Source: Candidatus Hadarchaeum sp. | GTDB taxonomy: Archaea > Hadarchaeota > Hadarchaeia > Hadarchaeales > Hadarchaeaceae | Assembly (NCBI RefSeq): GCF_038871235.1 | Contig: NZ_JAVZIN010000003.1 | Location: 1 to 64,000, forward strand | DNA length: 64,000 nt | Direction of reading: 5' to 3' | Shown here: one piece after another, positions 49,392 through 58,511 of the stretch | Layout of the letters: every line of letters begins with the position of its first letter | How positions within the stretch are numbered: position 1 is the stretch's first letter | Made by a program: the position numbers and the translations under genes | Notes under the pieces: generated by a model | Seen by the model: only the letters and a program-made list of their open reading frames with translations | What the model was told of the DNA's origin: nothing | Database searches by the model: none

Positions 49392-49615
49392 GGAGGTTGG
49401 CAGGGCTGATGTTGAAGAAAATCAACGATGAAGTTATAATCGCCGACCATGGAAGACGAATTGCTAAGCTGTGCGATGACGTTGACGTTTTAAGCCAGCG
49501 TCTGCTCGCTTTGGAGAGGAGGGTTGCTACTATCGAGAACAGCCTCGCTGAACTGAGGAAGTTCTGCTACAGGCTTGATCTAGTCCGTCCTGTTTTTAAG
49601 ACAGACGACCGCTGA
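49343..49615 (+). CDS. Small coiled-coil hypothetical protein
   Basis: Heptads LSQRLLALERRVATIENSLAEL; true start probably downstream (MLKK). Confidence 0.5.
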   Translation: MASRTSRDKKKAKNSLRRLAGLMLKKINDEVIIADHGRRIAKLCDDVDVLSQRLLALERRVATIENSLAELRKFCYRLDLVRPVFKTDDR

Positions 49616-49630
49616 GCCGGAGATGAATCG

Positions 49631-51814
49631 ATGAGCTGTGACAGGAGCATGACGACGGTGGGCACTGAGCGCGTGATGAAGTTCAAGTGTGGTGATTGTC
49701 GCGGTGACGCCTCGGTCGAAAAATCTCGTGAGTGCATGAAAGGAGTTCTTGAGGCGCTTATGGATGAGCCAGATATCGACGTGGTTATCCTTTCTGGGAC
49801 GTATGAGCACGAGTACAGCGGGCCCGGACTGTGGGCACTCAAGGAAATGGCAAAAATACTAAATGAGGCCCGTCGATGGTCTCTGGCTAATCTTGTCTCC
49901 GAGGGCTGCACGCGATGCGAAACCGCTCGCGATACCCAGCTTAGAAGGGCGCTTGAGGAGCTTTCCACAGATCCAGTGGCTGGCCACCGCAGGCTGCAGG
50001 AGTTATTTAATGCGATGAACGCGAAAAAGGAGCATGGGTCCAAAGCCTGTCAAGCCTGCCGTTCGGATTTTATCAGGAAATTTCTGGAACCGCTTTTGAG
50101 TTCCATTGAGGGCTCGACCCTTTTGAAGGCCGCGAGAACCGGTTTAAATTATACGGAGATTTTACAACCCCTCATCAGACCATGTTTTTTGAGCACACGC
50201 CTTAAGATGGAGCCGCCCACCGGAGGTGAACTCGTAGACTCATATGAGATCGAAAGCGGTGAGGTGAGGATATATCGCCTCCCTGATCAGCTACAGAACC
50301 TGTATTTTTTTATTCCATCCGAGTACCGCCTGATGCATGACCAAGTGAGGCTTCTTCAACATGCCCACCAGGAGATCGTCGACAATCACCCAAGGCTGGA
50401 TTCCGATGTAGTTCAGGCCCGTAAGCAGATCGTGCGTCTTGGCGAGAGGCTGATGATCGAGAAGGTGACAAAAGAGAAAATCTCGGTTTCAAGGGAAGAA
50501 ATTAGAAATTTGGCCTTGAGCCTATCTAGGTTCACCGCTGGACTGGGCTTGCTTGAATCTCTGCTTTCGGATCCAAAAATCCAAGATATTTATGTTGACG
50601 CCCCAGCGGGAAGAACACCGGTGCACCTGTTGCACCGTGACCATGACGCGTGCTTAACCAATGTCTTTCTCACTCCGGATGATGTTTGTTCGTTAGTCTC
50701 TCGGTTCCGTGCTTATAGCGGCCGGCCATTTTCAGAAGCCGACCCAGTTTTGGACCTTAACTTAGGTGAGGTGAGAATAGCTGCGATCGGGCCACCCCTC
50801 AGTCCTGGCGGCATCGCCTTTGCACTTCGCAGGCACAAACCCACTCCGTGGACGTTGCCTCAATTTATTCAAGCGAAGTTTTTGACCCCTTATGCGGCGG
50901 GGCTGCTCAGCCTGCTGATAGACTCACAGGTTTCTTTGCTGATAGCTGGCAGCCGCGGTGCGGGGAAGACCTCGCTGCTGGGCGCACTTATGTTGGAGAT
51001 CCTTCCTAAGTTCAGGATCATAACTATTGAGGATACCCGGGAACTTATGGTGGATCGGCTCCGCGAACTCGGCTTCAAGATTCAATCTCTGCAGGTTCAG
51101 TCGTCGGTCTTGGGCATACAAAGCGAACTCAGCGCTGAGGAGGCTCTCAGGGCAGCGCTTCGTCTTGGGGAATCGGTCTTGGTTATCGGCGAGGTGAGGG
51201 GTGAAGAGGCGCGCGTTCTCTATGAGGCAATGCGAGTCGGCGCCGCTGGCAGTTCGGTGATGGGTACTATTCACGGGACCACAGCTCGCGATGTTTTTGA
51301 GCGGGTTGTCAACGACCTCAAGATAACGCCGAGCTCCTTCAAGGCTACCGAGGCGATAGTGGTGGCGGCCCCCATCCGAATAAGGGGAGGTATTAATAGA
51401 GTTAGGCGGCTGGTCCAGATAGTTGAGGTCAGAAAGGACTGGCGTTATGACCCGACGGCCGAGGAAGGATTTGTACCTCTCATGTCTCATGATTACTCCC
51501 GCGATTGTTTGAGACCCACTCGGACTCTTCTCAGCGGAAGATCGGAGCTGATTGCCGGTATCGCGAGAAAGTGGGGTTTGGCGCCGCTTCAGGTCAGGCG
51601 CAATCTGGAATTTCGTGCTAGGGTTCAAGAGGATCTGGTAACTGAGGCGGCGATGGGGAGGCCTCACCTGCTTGAAGCCCCTTTTGTCCTTCGGGCCAAT
51701 CTAGCTTGGCACTCATTCTATGAGGACCAGCTCAAGCACGGAAGCGTGGACTATCGCCAGCTGTACCAAAGATGGCGGGAGTGGTTGAACTCAGCCAAAG
51801 AACAAGTAGCGTGA
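49631..51814 (+). CDS. Type II/IV secretion (TadA/FlaI/VirB11-like) ATPase with Cys-rich N-terminus
   Basis: GSRGAGKT, TIEDTREL, LRLGESVLVIGEVRG.EA, GTIHG; CxxC x3 in the N-terminus. Confidence 0.92.
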   Translation: MSCDRSMTTVGTERVMKFKCGDCRGDASVEKSRECMKGVLEALMDEPDIDVVILSGTYEHEYSGPGLWALKEMAKILNEARRWSLANLVSEGCTRCETARDTQLRRALEELSTDPVAGHRRLQELFNAMNAKKEHGSKACQACRSDFIRKFLEPLLSSIEGSTLLKAARTGLNYTEILQPLIRPCFLSTRLKMEPPTGGELVDSYEIESGEVRIYRLPDQLQNLYFFIPSEYRLMHDQVRLLQHAHQEIVDNHPRLDSDVVQARKQIVRLGERLMIEKVTKEKISVSREEIRNLALSLSRFTAGLGLLESLLSDPKIQDIYVDAPAGRTPVHLLHRDHDACLTNVFLTPDDVCSLVSRFRAYSGRPFSEADPVLDLNLGEVRIAAIGPPLSPGGIAFALRRHKPTPWTLPQFIQAKFLTPYAAGLLSLLIDSQVSLLIAGSRGAGKTSLLGALMLEILPKFRIITIEDTRELMVDRLRELGFKIQSLQVQSSVLGIQSELSAEEALRAALRLGESVLVIGEVRGEEARVLYEAMRVGAAGSSVMGTIHGTTARDVFERVVNDLKITPSSFKATEAIVVAAPIRIRGGINRVRRLVQIVEVRKDWRYDPTAEEGFVPLMSHDYSRDCLRPTRTLLSGRSELIAGIARKWGLAPLQVRRNLEFRARVQEDLVTEAAMGRPHLLEAPFVLRANLAWHSFYEDQLKHGSVDYRQLYQRWREWLNSAKEQVA

Positions 51815-51818
51815 AATC

Positions 51819-53330
51819 TTGCTGAAGAAAATTCCATTCTGTGTAAACTGGCGTGACAAACAGGAGGAGTCAAAAGCCTTAGGCGAAGTCCCGACCCTTA
51901 TCGGCTATCTCACCATGGCCATGAAAATAACGCCGAATCTAGAGCGAGCCTGTGCCTTTGCCAGCGAACAGCTCGGAGGTAAAATGGGTCAAGATCTGAG
52001 AAAAAAGATGTCGGAGTGCCATATGCGTCGATATTCCAGCGCTGATGAGGCACTGTTGAAGTTCTCGCAATGCTGGGAGAGGGCCTGCCCCGAACTCGGC
52101 CGGGCAATCTATCTCATCCGCAGTTCTGTTAGCGAGCTGAGGAAGAGCAGCCGGGAGATGACCTTGGATCGATCCCTTCAGCTGGTTCTGCATGGAGCTA
52201 GGCGGCGGGTGCGTGAATTCTCTTCAAAGATAAGCCCACCTACTCTGTTGATCTACAGCTTGGGTATTCTGCTCCCGCTGGTCTTCGTTGTCATCTTGCC
52301 GGTGCTTTCTGTAATCGAGCTGCGAGTGGGTCTGCCTCAGATAATCTTTATTTACTGTTTCTTACTGCCTTTGCTAGTCTATCTTCTGAGCAACAATGTC
52401 CTTTCCCGGCGACCGGCCACACATCAACCGCCAAATGTTTCGATTGGAGCGAGTCAGTTGCATTCGGCATTAATGGCCATTGCTTTTTCGATACCTGCGC
52501 TGGCCATTTGTTTTTGGCTTGATGCATCTCCTGATCTCAAGGCCTTAGCCGTTCTTTGGGCGATTGTTCTTAGCATTTCAGCATTTCTATATTTTACCTC
52601 CGTCCAAGCCTATCTTCACCGTGAGGAGATCGTTCAGATGGAGGGGGAGTTCAGCGATGCCTTGGTGCAGCTCGGCAACCGCATAAGCGAGGAGCGCCCG
52701 GCTGAGGAGGCCTTAGGGCACGTGGCAGCCACGATGGGTGGGAGCAAGCTCGCCGGTGTCTTCATGACTGCGGCTTCGAACGTTAACCTTGGCGGCATGG
52801 GCTTACGTGCGGCCTTGTTTGATGAGACACGTGGGGCACTTAGGCAGGTGAACTCAAACATGATTCGCGGAACATTGAAGATACTTGTGGACTTGGTCGA
52901 GAGGAACACCCGGGCCGCTGGTGAGGCGATTCTTCGGACGGCGCAGCATCTTCATGAGCTGAAAGAGGCCGAGGAAGAAATGAAACGATCGATGGCGGAG
53001 ATGGTTACTTCAATGCGGTCGGTGGCCATCTTCTTTGCGCCTTTGATCACCTCGATCGCGGCTAGGCTTCAGGGACTGCTGTCGGAAAAGGTAGCCTCGC
53101 TTGAGTTTTTTCTTTCAGCCGAGATTTCCCCTCCGGCCTTTTTATTCGTCCTCGGGCTGTACATCATTATCCTGACCATCATCCTGATCAACTATGTGGT
53201 TGAGATAGAACTGGGTGAGGATGGGCTGGCCAAGCGAATGGCGTTTGCAAGCGCTTTGCCGGTTTCAATGGTTGTTTTCACCGCGGGAGCGATATTAGGC
53301 GGGCAAGTTGTTGCTTTCCTTCTAGGTTAA
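51819..53330 (+). CDS. TadB/TadC (FlaJ-like) membrane platform, double domain
   Basis: PNLERA..FA, GILLPL, EFSDAL..LGNR..E..PAE.A, FFAPLI; directly after the ATPase. Confidence 0.82.
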   Translation: MLKKIPFCVNWRDKQEESKALGEVPTLIGYLTMAMKITPNLERACAFASEQLGGKMGQDLRKKMSECHMRRYSSADEALLKFSQCWERACPELGRAIYLIRSSVSELRKSSREMTLDRSLQLVLHGARRRVREFSSKISPPTLLIYSLGILLPLVFVVILPVLSVIELRVGLPQIIFIYCFLLPLLVYLLSNNVLSRRPATHQPPNVSIGASQLHSALMAIAFSIPALAICFWLDASPDLKALAVLWAIVLSISAFLYFTSVQAYLHREEIVQMEGEFSDALVQLGNRISEERPAEEALGHVAATMGGSKLAGVFMTAASNVNLGGMGLRAALFDETRGALRQVNSNMIRGTLKILVDLVERNTRAAGEAILRTAQHLHELKEAEEEMKRSMAEMVTSMRSVAIFFAPLITSIAARLQGLLSEKVASLEFFLSAEISPPAFLFVLGLYIIILTIILINYVVEIELGEDGLAKRMAFASALPVSMVVFTAGAILGGQVVAFLLG

Positions 53331-53363
53331 CTTTTAATTTAGGTGGTGACAACTTCACAGTGA

Positions 53364-53440
53364 GCGGTGGTAGTCTAGCTTGGTTAGGACACGAGCTTGC
53401 CAAGCTCGCAGCGCGGGTTCGAATCCCGCCCACCGCACCA
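53364..53440 (+). tRNA. tRNA-Gly(GCC)
   Basis: Acceptor GCGGTGG/CCACCGC plus A plus encoded CCA; anticodon arm CGAGC-TT-GCC-AA-GCTCG; T-arm GCGGG-TTCGAAT-CCCGC; no intron. Confidence 0.97.
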
Positions 53441-53497
53441 TAAAGTATTTAAATAAGTCTGTTTACGTTTTTGTAATACAAATGTGAGGATGATACC

Positions 53498-54937
53498 ATA
53501 GATGGAGAGGTTCTGATTGGCCTCGTAGCGTATGGCGTGATTCTGATCGCCCTGGGTTTGTATAGTTACATCAAAGCCAAGAATAGACACACGGAAGAGG
53601 AATACTTTTTAGCTTCTCGTGAGTTGGGTTTCTGGGCTCTGGTTTGCACCGTTGGAGCCTCGTGGACGGGAATTTCGGCACTGATTTCCTATAATGCCGC
53701 CTATACTGGTGGCGTAAGCACTTGGTGGATCATGGGATTCCCAACTGTTTTCGCCACCGCCATCGTTGCTGTTTTAGCCTATAGGATCAGGAAAACAAAC
53801 GCGATTTCCCAACCCCAGATCTTCGAATGGCGATACGGACCGAAGGTCAGGATAATTCTAGCAGTGATCGGCATCTGGTACATGATGACTTGGGCGGCAT
53901 CAGAACTTATCGGTGGCGGTGAATCCCTTTCTGTAGCGTTGGGCATGCCATACTTTTTAGGAATATTGGCCATTACATTAATAATCTACTTCTATACCGT
54001 CATTGGTGGCTTCAGGGCGGTTATATACACCGACATATTTCAGTTCATTTTGCTCAACGTTGTGTGCATTGCGCTAAGCCTTATTGCCCTGAGTTCCATT
54101 GGCGGATTTGGAGCCATCGCTTTGCTCCCACAAGAGCTGGGTGTTCCGGGTTATCTGGACTTTTTTGATAACTTTAGGTATAATTTTGCTTACGCCATAT
54201 CCTTTTCCTTGGCTTGGTTCTTAGAGGCAGACATGTGGCAGAGAATACTGGGCGCTAGAAATCCCAAGCTGGCGATGAAGGCGTTCTTGGTTGCGGCAAT
54301 ATTGTTCATCCCCTTATACTTCATTTATACGCTGGGAGGTATGGCAGCGGCAAAGTTTGTGCCTGGCTTGGAAGGCGTTGGGGTTCTGCCTTCTTTAGCA
54401 AAAGCAGCATTGCCTCCCATATTGTTTGGTTTTGCCCTTGCAGGCATTTTGGCCACTGTGATGTCATCCGCCGACACCGCCATAAACTCGGGCGCTTTGT
54501 TGTTAACAGAGGACGTTTATCACAGATATATTAACAAGAAAGCAACTACCAAGGGATTATTCGTGGTGGGGCTGATTGCCACCACCGTTATAACCGTATT
54601 GGCCTTCGGCGTCGGAGTTACTCTTCCAGACATGCTGTGGGTGTTGTGGCTGGGAGCCGATATTCTGGCCTGCGGTTGTCTGGCTCCACTGATTGGTGGA
54701 TTTATCTGGAAGCGGGCAAATGAGCTAGGGGCCATTGCTGGGATGATAGTGGGAGGCGTGTTTGCATTCTACAACTACGTTGGCGATCTGTTTGGCATTG
54801 AAGTGCCCAGGCCTTGGCCTGAGTATCCGTTTTACCTTCCTGTTGGTATCCTGCTGTCAGCGATCGCCTTTATCTTAGTTTCCTTGGCCACAAAACCACA
54901 GCCTGAAAAGTTTAAGGCGTTAAAACCGAGTGATTAA
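53498..54937 (+). CDS. Sodium:solute symporter (SSS) family
   Basis: EYFLASR, RYG, YTVIGGFRAVIYTD.FQ, WQRI, MSSAD. Track start is GTG 53537; possible ATA start at 53498. Confidence 0.9.
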   Translation: MDGEVLIGLVAYGVILIALGLYSYIKAKNRHTEEEYFLASRELGFWALVCTVGASWTGISALISYNAAYTGGVSTWWIMGFPTVFATAIVAVLAYRIRKTNAISQPQIFEWRYGPKVRIILAVIGIWYMMTWAASELIGGGESLSVALGMPYFLGILAITLIIYFYTVIGGFRAVIYTDIFQFILLNVVCIALSLIALSSIGGFGAIALLPQELGVPGYLDFFDNFRYNFAYAISFSLAWFLEADMWQRILGARNPKLAMKAFLVAAILFIPLYFIYTLGGMAAAKFVPGLEGVGVLPSLAKAALPPILFGFALAGILATVMSSADTAINSGALLLTEDVYHRYINKKATTKGLFVVGLIATTVITVLAFGVGVTLPDMLWVLWLGADILACGCLAPLIGGFIWKRANELGAIAGMIVGGVFAFYNYVGDLFGIEVPRPWPEYPFYLPVGILLSAIAFILVSLATKPQPEKFKALKPSD

Positions 54938-54939
54938 AG

Positions 54940-56790
54940 ATGGCTCCAGCTCCCTGCTACTGCGGGAAGATTCTGGAGGTCGATTTGTCTAGTATCAATA
55001 TTGTTAAGCGTTCGGTGGATCCAAATGTGGTAAGGAAGCTGGTGGGTGGTAAAGGTCTGGCTGCTTGGTTGCTGTATAAAATGGTTAAGCCAGGGATTGA
55101 TCCATTTGACGAACAGAATGTGCTGATTTTTGCTACCGGTCCACTGACGGGCACCATAGCCCCTTCACAGAGGGGATTGGTCTGTGCCAAGTCCCCGCTG
55201 ACGGGAACTTTTTCTGATTCCTATTTCGGCGGCCACTTCATCCAAGAGCTCAAATACGCTGGTTATGATGCTCTGGTGGTGAAGGGAAGAGCGGAGAGGT
55301 TGAGCTATCTTTGGATCGACGATGATCACGTTGAGGTAAAGGACGCCACTACTTTGAAGGGACAGGATACTACTCAGACCAACGTTTCTATTAAGCGGGA
55401 ACTGGGGGATTCCCGGGTCAAGGTGGCCTGTATTGGTCCGGCGGGCGAGAAAAAGGTGAGGTTTGCTCTGATCGACTGTGATGTCAAGAGACAAGCGGGC
55501 CGTGGCGGTCTTGGGGCGGTGATGGGATCAAAGAACCTTAAAGCCGTGGCCATCCGCGGCACGGGCCCCGTTGAGGTGGCGAGGCCTCAAGAGTTCTTCG
55601 AAATAGCGAAAAAGTTCCACCGCATTTTAATCGAAAGCGAGGCCGTGCAGGCGGTGTGGAGCCGGTACGGTACGGCGGGGTCGGTTGAGTTCTCCAACAT
55701 GCAGGGCTTCTTCCCGACCAAGAACTTCCAAGATGGACATATCGAGAATGGTGAAAGGCTCTCAGGACTTTCGCAGAGCAAGCTGCTCTGGCTGAGGCGG
55801 GCGGCCTGCTTCTCCTGTCCGATCATCTGCTCCGCCATCTCAGTTATCAGAAATGGTCCTTACAGCGGCACGGTGTTGGACGGCATAGAGTATGAGACCA
55901 CAGGGCTACTGGGAGCCAACTGCGGACTCACCGACCCAGAGGTGGTCGCCTACGCCAACCACCTCTGTGATGAGCTCGGTCTGGACACCATCACTGCTGG
56001 TGGCGTGATCGGTTTCACCATGGAACTGTTCGAGAGAAGGATCTGGAGACACCCAGAGCTGGAGGCGCTGAGACTGAGATTTGGCAACGCTGAGGCAGTG
56101 CTCGAGCTGATTAGTAAGATAGCCTACCGTGAAGGAGTTGGTGATTTGCTGGCTGAGGGGGTGAAGCTAGTCGCGGAGAAGGTTGGAGGAAGTGCTAAGG
56201 ATTACGCTATACACATCAAAGGATTGGAGACCCCAGCTTGGCCACCCCGAGGTTCTCCAGGGATGGGGCTAGCACTAGCGACTGCTGACAGAGGCGGTTG
56301 TCACGAGAGAGGATGGCCGGTGGGCTATGAAGTTGAGGGAATTCCCGGGCCTTCTGGTCCGGTGGAGCGTCTGTCGCTCCAAGGTAAGGCCGAGATAGTA
56401 AAGTGGGAGCAGGACTGGTTTGCTGCGGTTGACACCTTGGTTGGCTGCGATTTCAGCCGAACCGGACTCACGCCGGAGCATTCAGCACAACTTCTTTCTG
56501 CAGCCACTGGATGGGACATCAGTGCTGACGAATTCCTGAGAATTGGTGAGCGAGTTTGGAACTTAACACGAATGTTTAATGTCCGCGAGGGCTTCACACG
56601 GAAGGATGATGACCTGCCTAGACGATTTAAGGAGGAGCCGCTACCCTTCGGACCAGCAAAAGGGCACATGGTCAGTTCCAGCGATCTGAACCGGATGCTT
56701 GATGATTATTACAAGTTAAGGAAATGGGACTCGAACGGAGTGCCGACAAAGGAGAAGCTGGCGGAGCTGGGCCTTGAGGAGTTCCTGTGA
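54940..56790 (+). CDS. aor: Tungsten aldehyde:ferredoxin oxidoreductase family
   Basis: KSPLTG, LKYAGYD, IGPAGE, GRGGLGAVMGSKNLKA, CFSCPIIC, EYET, DELGLDTI, RGGCH. Confidence 0.93.
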   Translation: MAPAPCYCGKILEVDLSSINIVKRSVDPNVVRKLVGGKGLAAWLLYKMVKPGIDPFDEQNVLIFATGPLTGTIAPSQRGLVCAKSPLTGTFSDSYFGGHFIQELKYAGYDALVVKGRAERLSYLWIDDDHVEVKDATTLKGQDTTQTNVSIKRELGDSRVKVACIGPAGEKKVRFALIDCDVKRQAGRGGLGAVMGSKNLKAVAIRGTGPVEVARPQEFFEIAKKFHRILIESEAVQAVWSRYGTAGSVEFSNMQGFFPTKNFQDGHIENGERLSGLSQSKLLWLRRAACFSCPIICSAISVIRNGPYSGTVLDGIEYETTGLLGANCGLTDPEVVAYANHLCDELGLDTITAGGVIGFTMELFERRIWRHPELEALRLRFGNAEAVLELISKIAYREGVGDLLAEGVKLVAEKVGGSAKDYAIHIKGLETPAWPPRGSPGMGLALATADRGGCHERGWPVGYEVEGIPGPSGPVERLSLQGKAEIVKWEQDWFAAVDTLVGCDFSRTGLTPEHSAQLLSAATGWDISADEFLRIGERVWNLTRMFNVREGFTRKDDDLPRRFKEEPLPFGPAKGHMVSSSDLNRMLDDYYKLRKWDSNGVPTKEKLAELGLEEFL

Positions 56791-56800
56791 GGTAGGTCCT

Positions 56801-57211
56801 ATGCCAATCAAGCTGGAAATTCACCCGGAAAAATGCGTTGGCTGCAGGTCATGTGAGCTGGCTTGTTCCTTCAAAAAGACCGGCGTGTTTAGCCCGAGTC
56901 AGTCGCGGATATCGGTCACGATCAGCAACCCTCGGACAATAATGTATCCTGTGGCCTGCATCCAGTGCGTCGAGCAGTCATGCGTCAAGGCCTGTCCGGT
57001 TGGGGCGCTAAGAAAAGACGAGGTCACCAACGCCATTGTCTTTGACCGCGATATCTGTACGGGCTGCGGCCTGTGTGTGAAAAGCTGTCCGTATTCAGCG
57101 ATAAGGATGGATGAAAGGAGCAGAAAGCCCCTGATTTGCGATCTTTGCGGCGGTGATCCCGAGTGTGTAAAGTGGTGCCCCACTGCCGCTCTTGAAGCCA
57201 AAAGAGTTTGA
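56801..57211 (+). CDS. 4x[4Fe-4S] electron-transfer subunit (AorA/DmsB-like)
   Basis: CVGCRSCELAC, CIQC..CVKACP, CTGCGLCVKSCP, CDLC..CVKWCP. Confidence 0.93.
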   Translation: MPIKLEIHPEKCVGCRSCELACSFKKTGVFSPSQSRISVTISNPRTIMYPVACIQCVEQSCVKACPVGALRKDEVTNAIVFDRDICTGCGLCVKSCPYSAIRMDERSRKPLICDLCGGDPECVKWCPTAALEAKRV

Positions 57212-57237
57212 AGTTCTAGTTGTTCGCTCAGTCTAGT

Positions 57238-58446
57238 TCAGATATTTCCTTCCCAAATATCTCTTAGCAATGCCTTGATATTTTCTAGCGTAATTACTGC
57301 AGGATTGATATCGGGCAGTCCGTAGTTGTACTGTTGTTCCTTGGCGATGAAAGCGGCCAGTTCATCCAAGTCTTCACGTGGGACGTTTAACTCCTTCAGA
57401 CTGATGGGCATGTTGAGGTCTAGGAGCAGCTCCTTGAGTCCCTCGACCACTTGAAGCGCTCTTTTTTTCACATCTTTCGCCGGTTCATCGGTGAAGAATT
57501 GTGCCAGCGAGGCGACCCTCTCCGGCCAAGCGGCGATATTGAATTTAGTTATATAAGGCAGAACCAAGCCGCAGGCGGCTCCATGAGGTATGTGGTAACG
57601 GGGACCAATGGTTTCACCAAGACAGTGGCCAATGTTGACGGCAGCAGGTGTGGTTATCGCGATGCCTCCGTAGGTGGCTGCCAAGGCCATGCCTGCTCTC
57701 GCGACCAGATCTTTTCCGTGATGATAGGCCCTTCTCAGATGCCTAGCGGCGAGTTCCACAGCCCGGTAGGCGTAGGTGTCTGAGAACATGTTAGCCGTGA
57801 ATGAAAGAACGGCCTCAACTCCATGGGAGAGGGCATCAAGTCCGGTGTGCGCAGTCAGTTTCGGTGGCATCGACTGAGAAAGAGTTGGGTCAACAATGGC
57901 TACTTCCGAGACGATTTTTGGACTCATCACGAAACCCTTGTAGCCCTTCTCTTCAATAACCACCGCGTAACCCGAGGCCTCGCTGCCGGTACCGGCGGTG
58001 GTGGGGATGAGTATCTTGGGGACTGGTTGCACCTTTATGCTGTCCTGAAGGTAGGTGATGTAGTCTTTCATTGGTCCCGGGTTGGTGACGGCAGCGGAGG
58101 CAAATTTAGCCATATCTAGAGCACTGCCGCCTCCAAAGCCGATGACCAAGGCTGGCTTTTCGGCTCTAGCCTTTTCAGCAACCTTCTCCACCATGCTTAT
58201 GGTGGGTTCTTGCGTGGCTTGGTCATAAACGGTCAGGGTGTATTTTTCTTCCTCCAGTGGTTTTAGGATCCTGTTCACCAGCCCTATGTTGATTAGGTTC
58301 TTGTCGGTTACGATCAGGATTTTAGAACCCTTCAGAGCTAAGGGCTCTATTTCGCGGCAAATGTTATCAACCGCATTTGGTCCAAAGATATACTTTTTTG
58401 GGTAATTGAACTCCACATATCCAATATTTGAGATTTCCTCAGACAT
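57238..58446 (-). CDS. Iron-containing (type III) alcohol dehydrogenase
   Basis: GGGSALD, PTTAGTGSE, DALSH, GH, PHG. Confidence 0.92.
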   Translation of the reverse strand: MSEEISNIGYVEFNYPKKYIFGPNAVDNICREIEPLALKGSKILIVTDKNLINIGLVNRILKPLEEEKYTLTVYDQATQEPTISMVEKVAEKARAEKPALVIGFGGGSALDMAKFASAAVTNPGPMKDYITYLQDSIKVQPVPKILIPTTAGTGSEASGYAVVIEEKGYKGFVMSPKIVSEVAIVDPTLSQSMPPKLTAHTGLDALSHGVEAVLSFTANMFSDTYAYRAVELAARHLRRAYHHGKDLVARAGMALAATYGGIAITTPAAVNIGHCLGETIGPRYHIPHGAACGLVLPYITKFNIAAWPERVASLAQFFTDEPAKDVKKRALQVVEGLKELLLDLNMPISLKELNVPREDLDELAAFIAKEQQYNYGLPDINPAVITLENIKALLRDIWEGNI

Positions 58447-58448
58447 GG

Positions 58449-58459
58449 GTGAAGTTCAC
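58449..58459. promoter_or_regulatory. Palindrome GTGAA-G-TTCAC, candidate operator of the Fe-ADH gene
   Basis: Lies between a TTTTTATTTA box and the ATG on the minus strand. Confidence 0.35.
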
Positions 58460-58511
58460 ACGTTAGTAAATAAAAATGTTTTGTCCAAATTTTTTGAAAT
58501 TTTTAATCGGA

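Noticed and set aside
50924-51667. Long antisense ORFs (also 33786-34442, 41939-42562 and similar)
   Set aside because: They lie wholly opposite well-supported genes and have no motifs.
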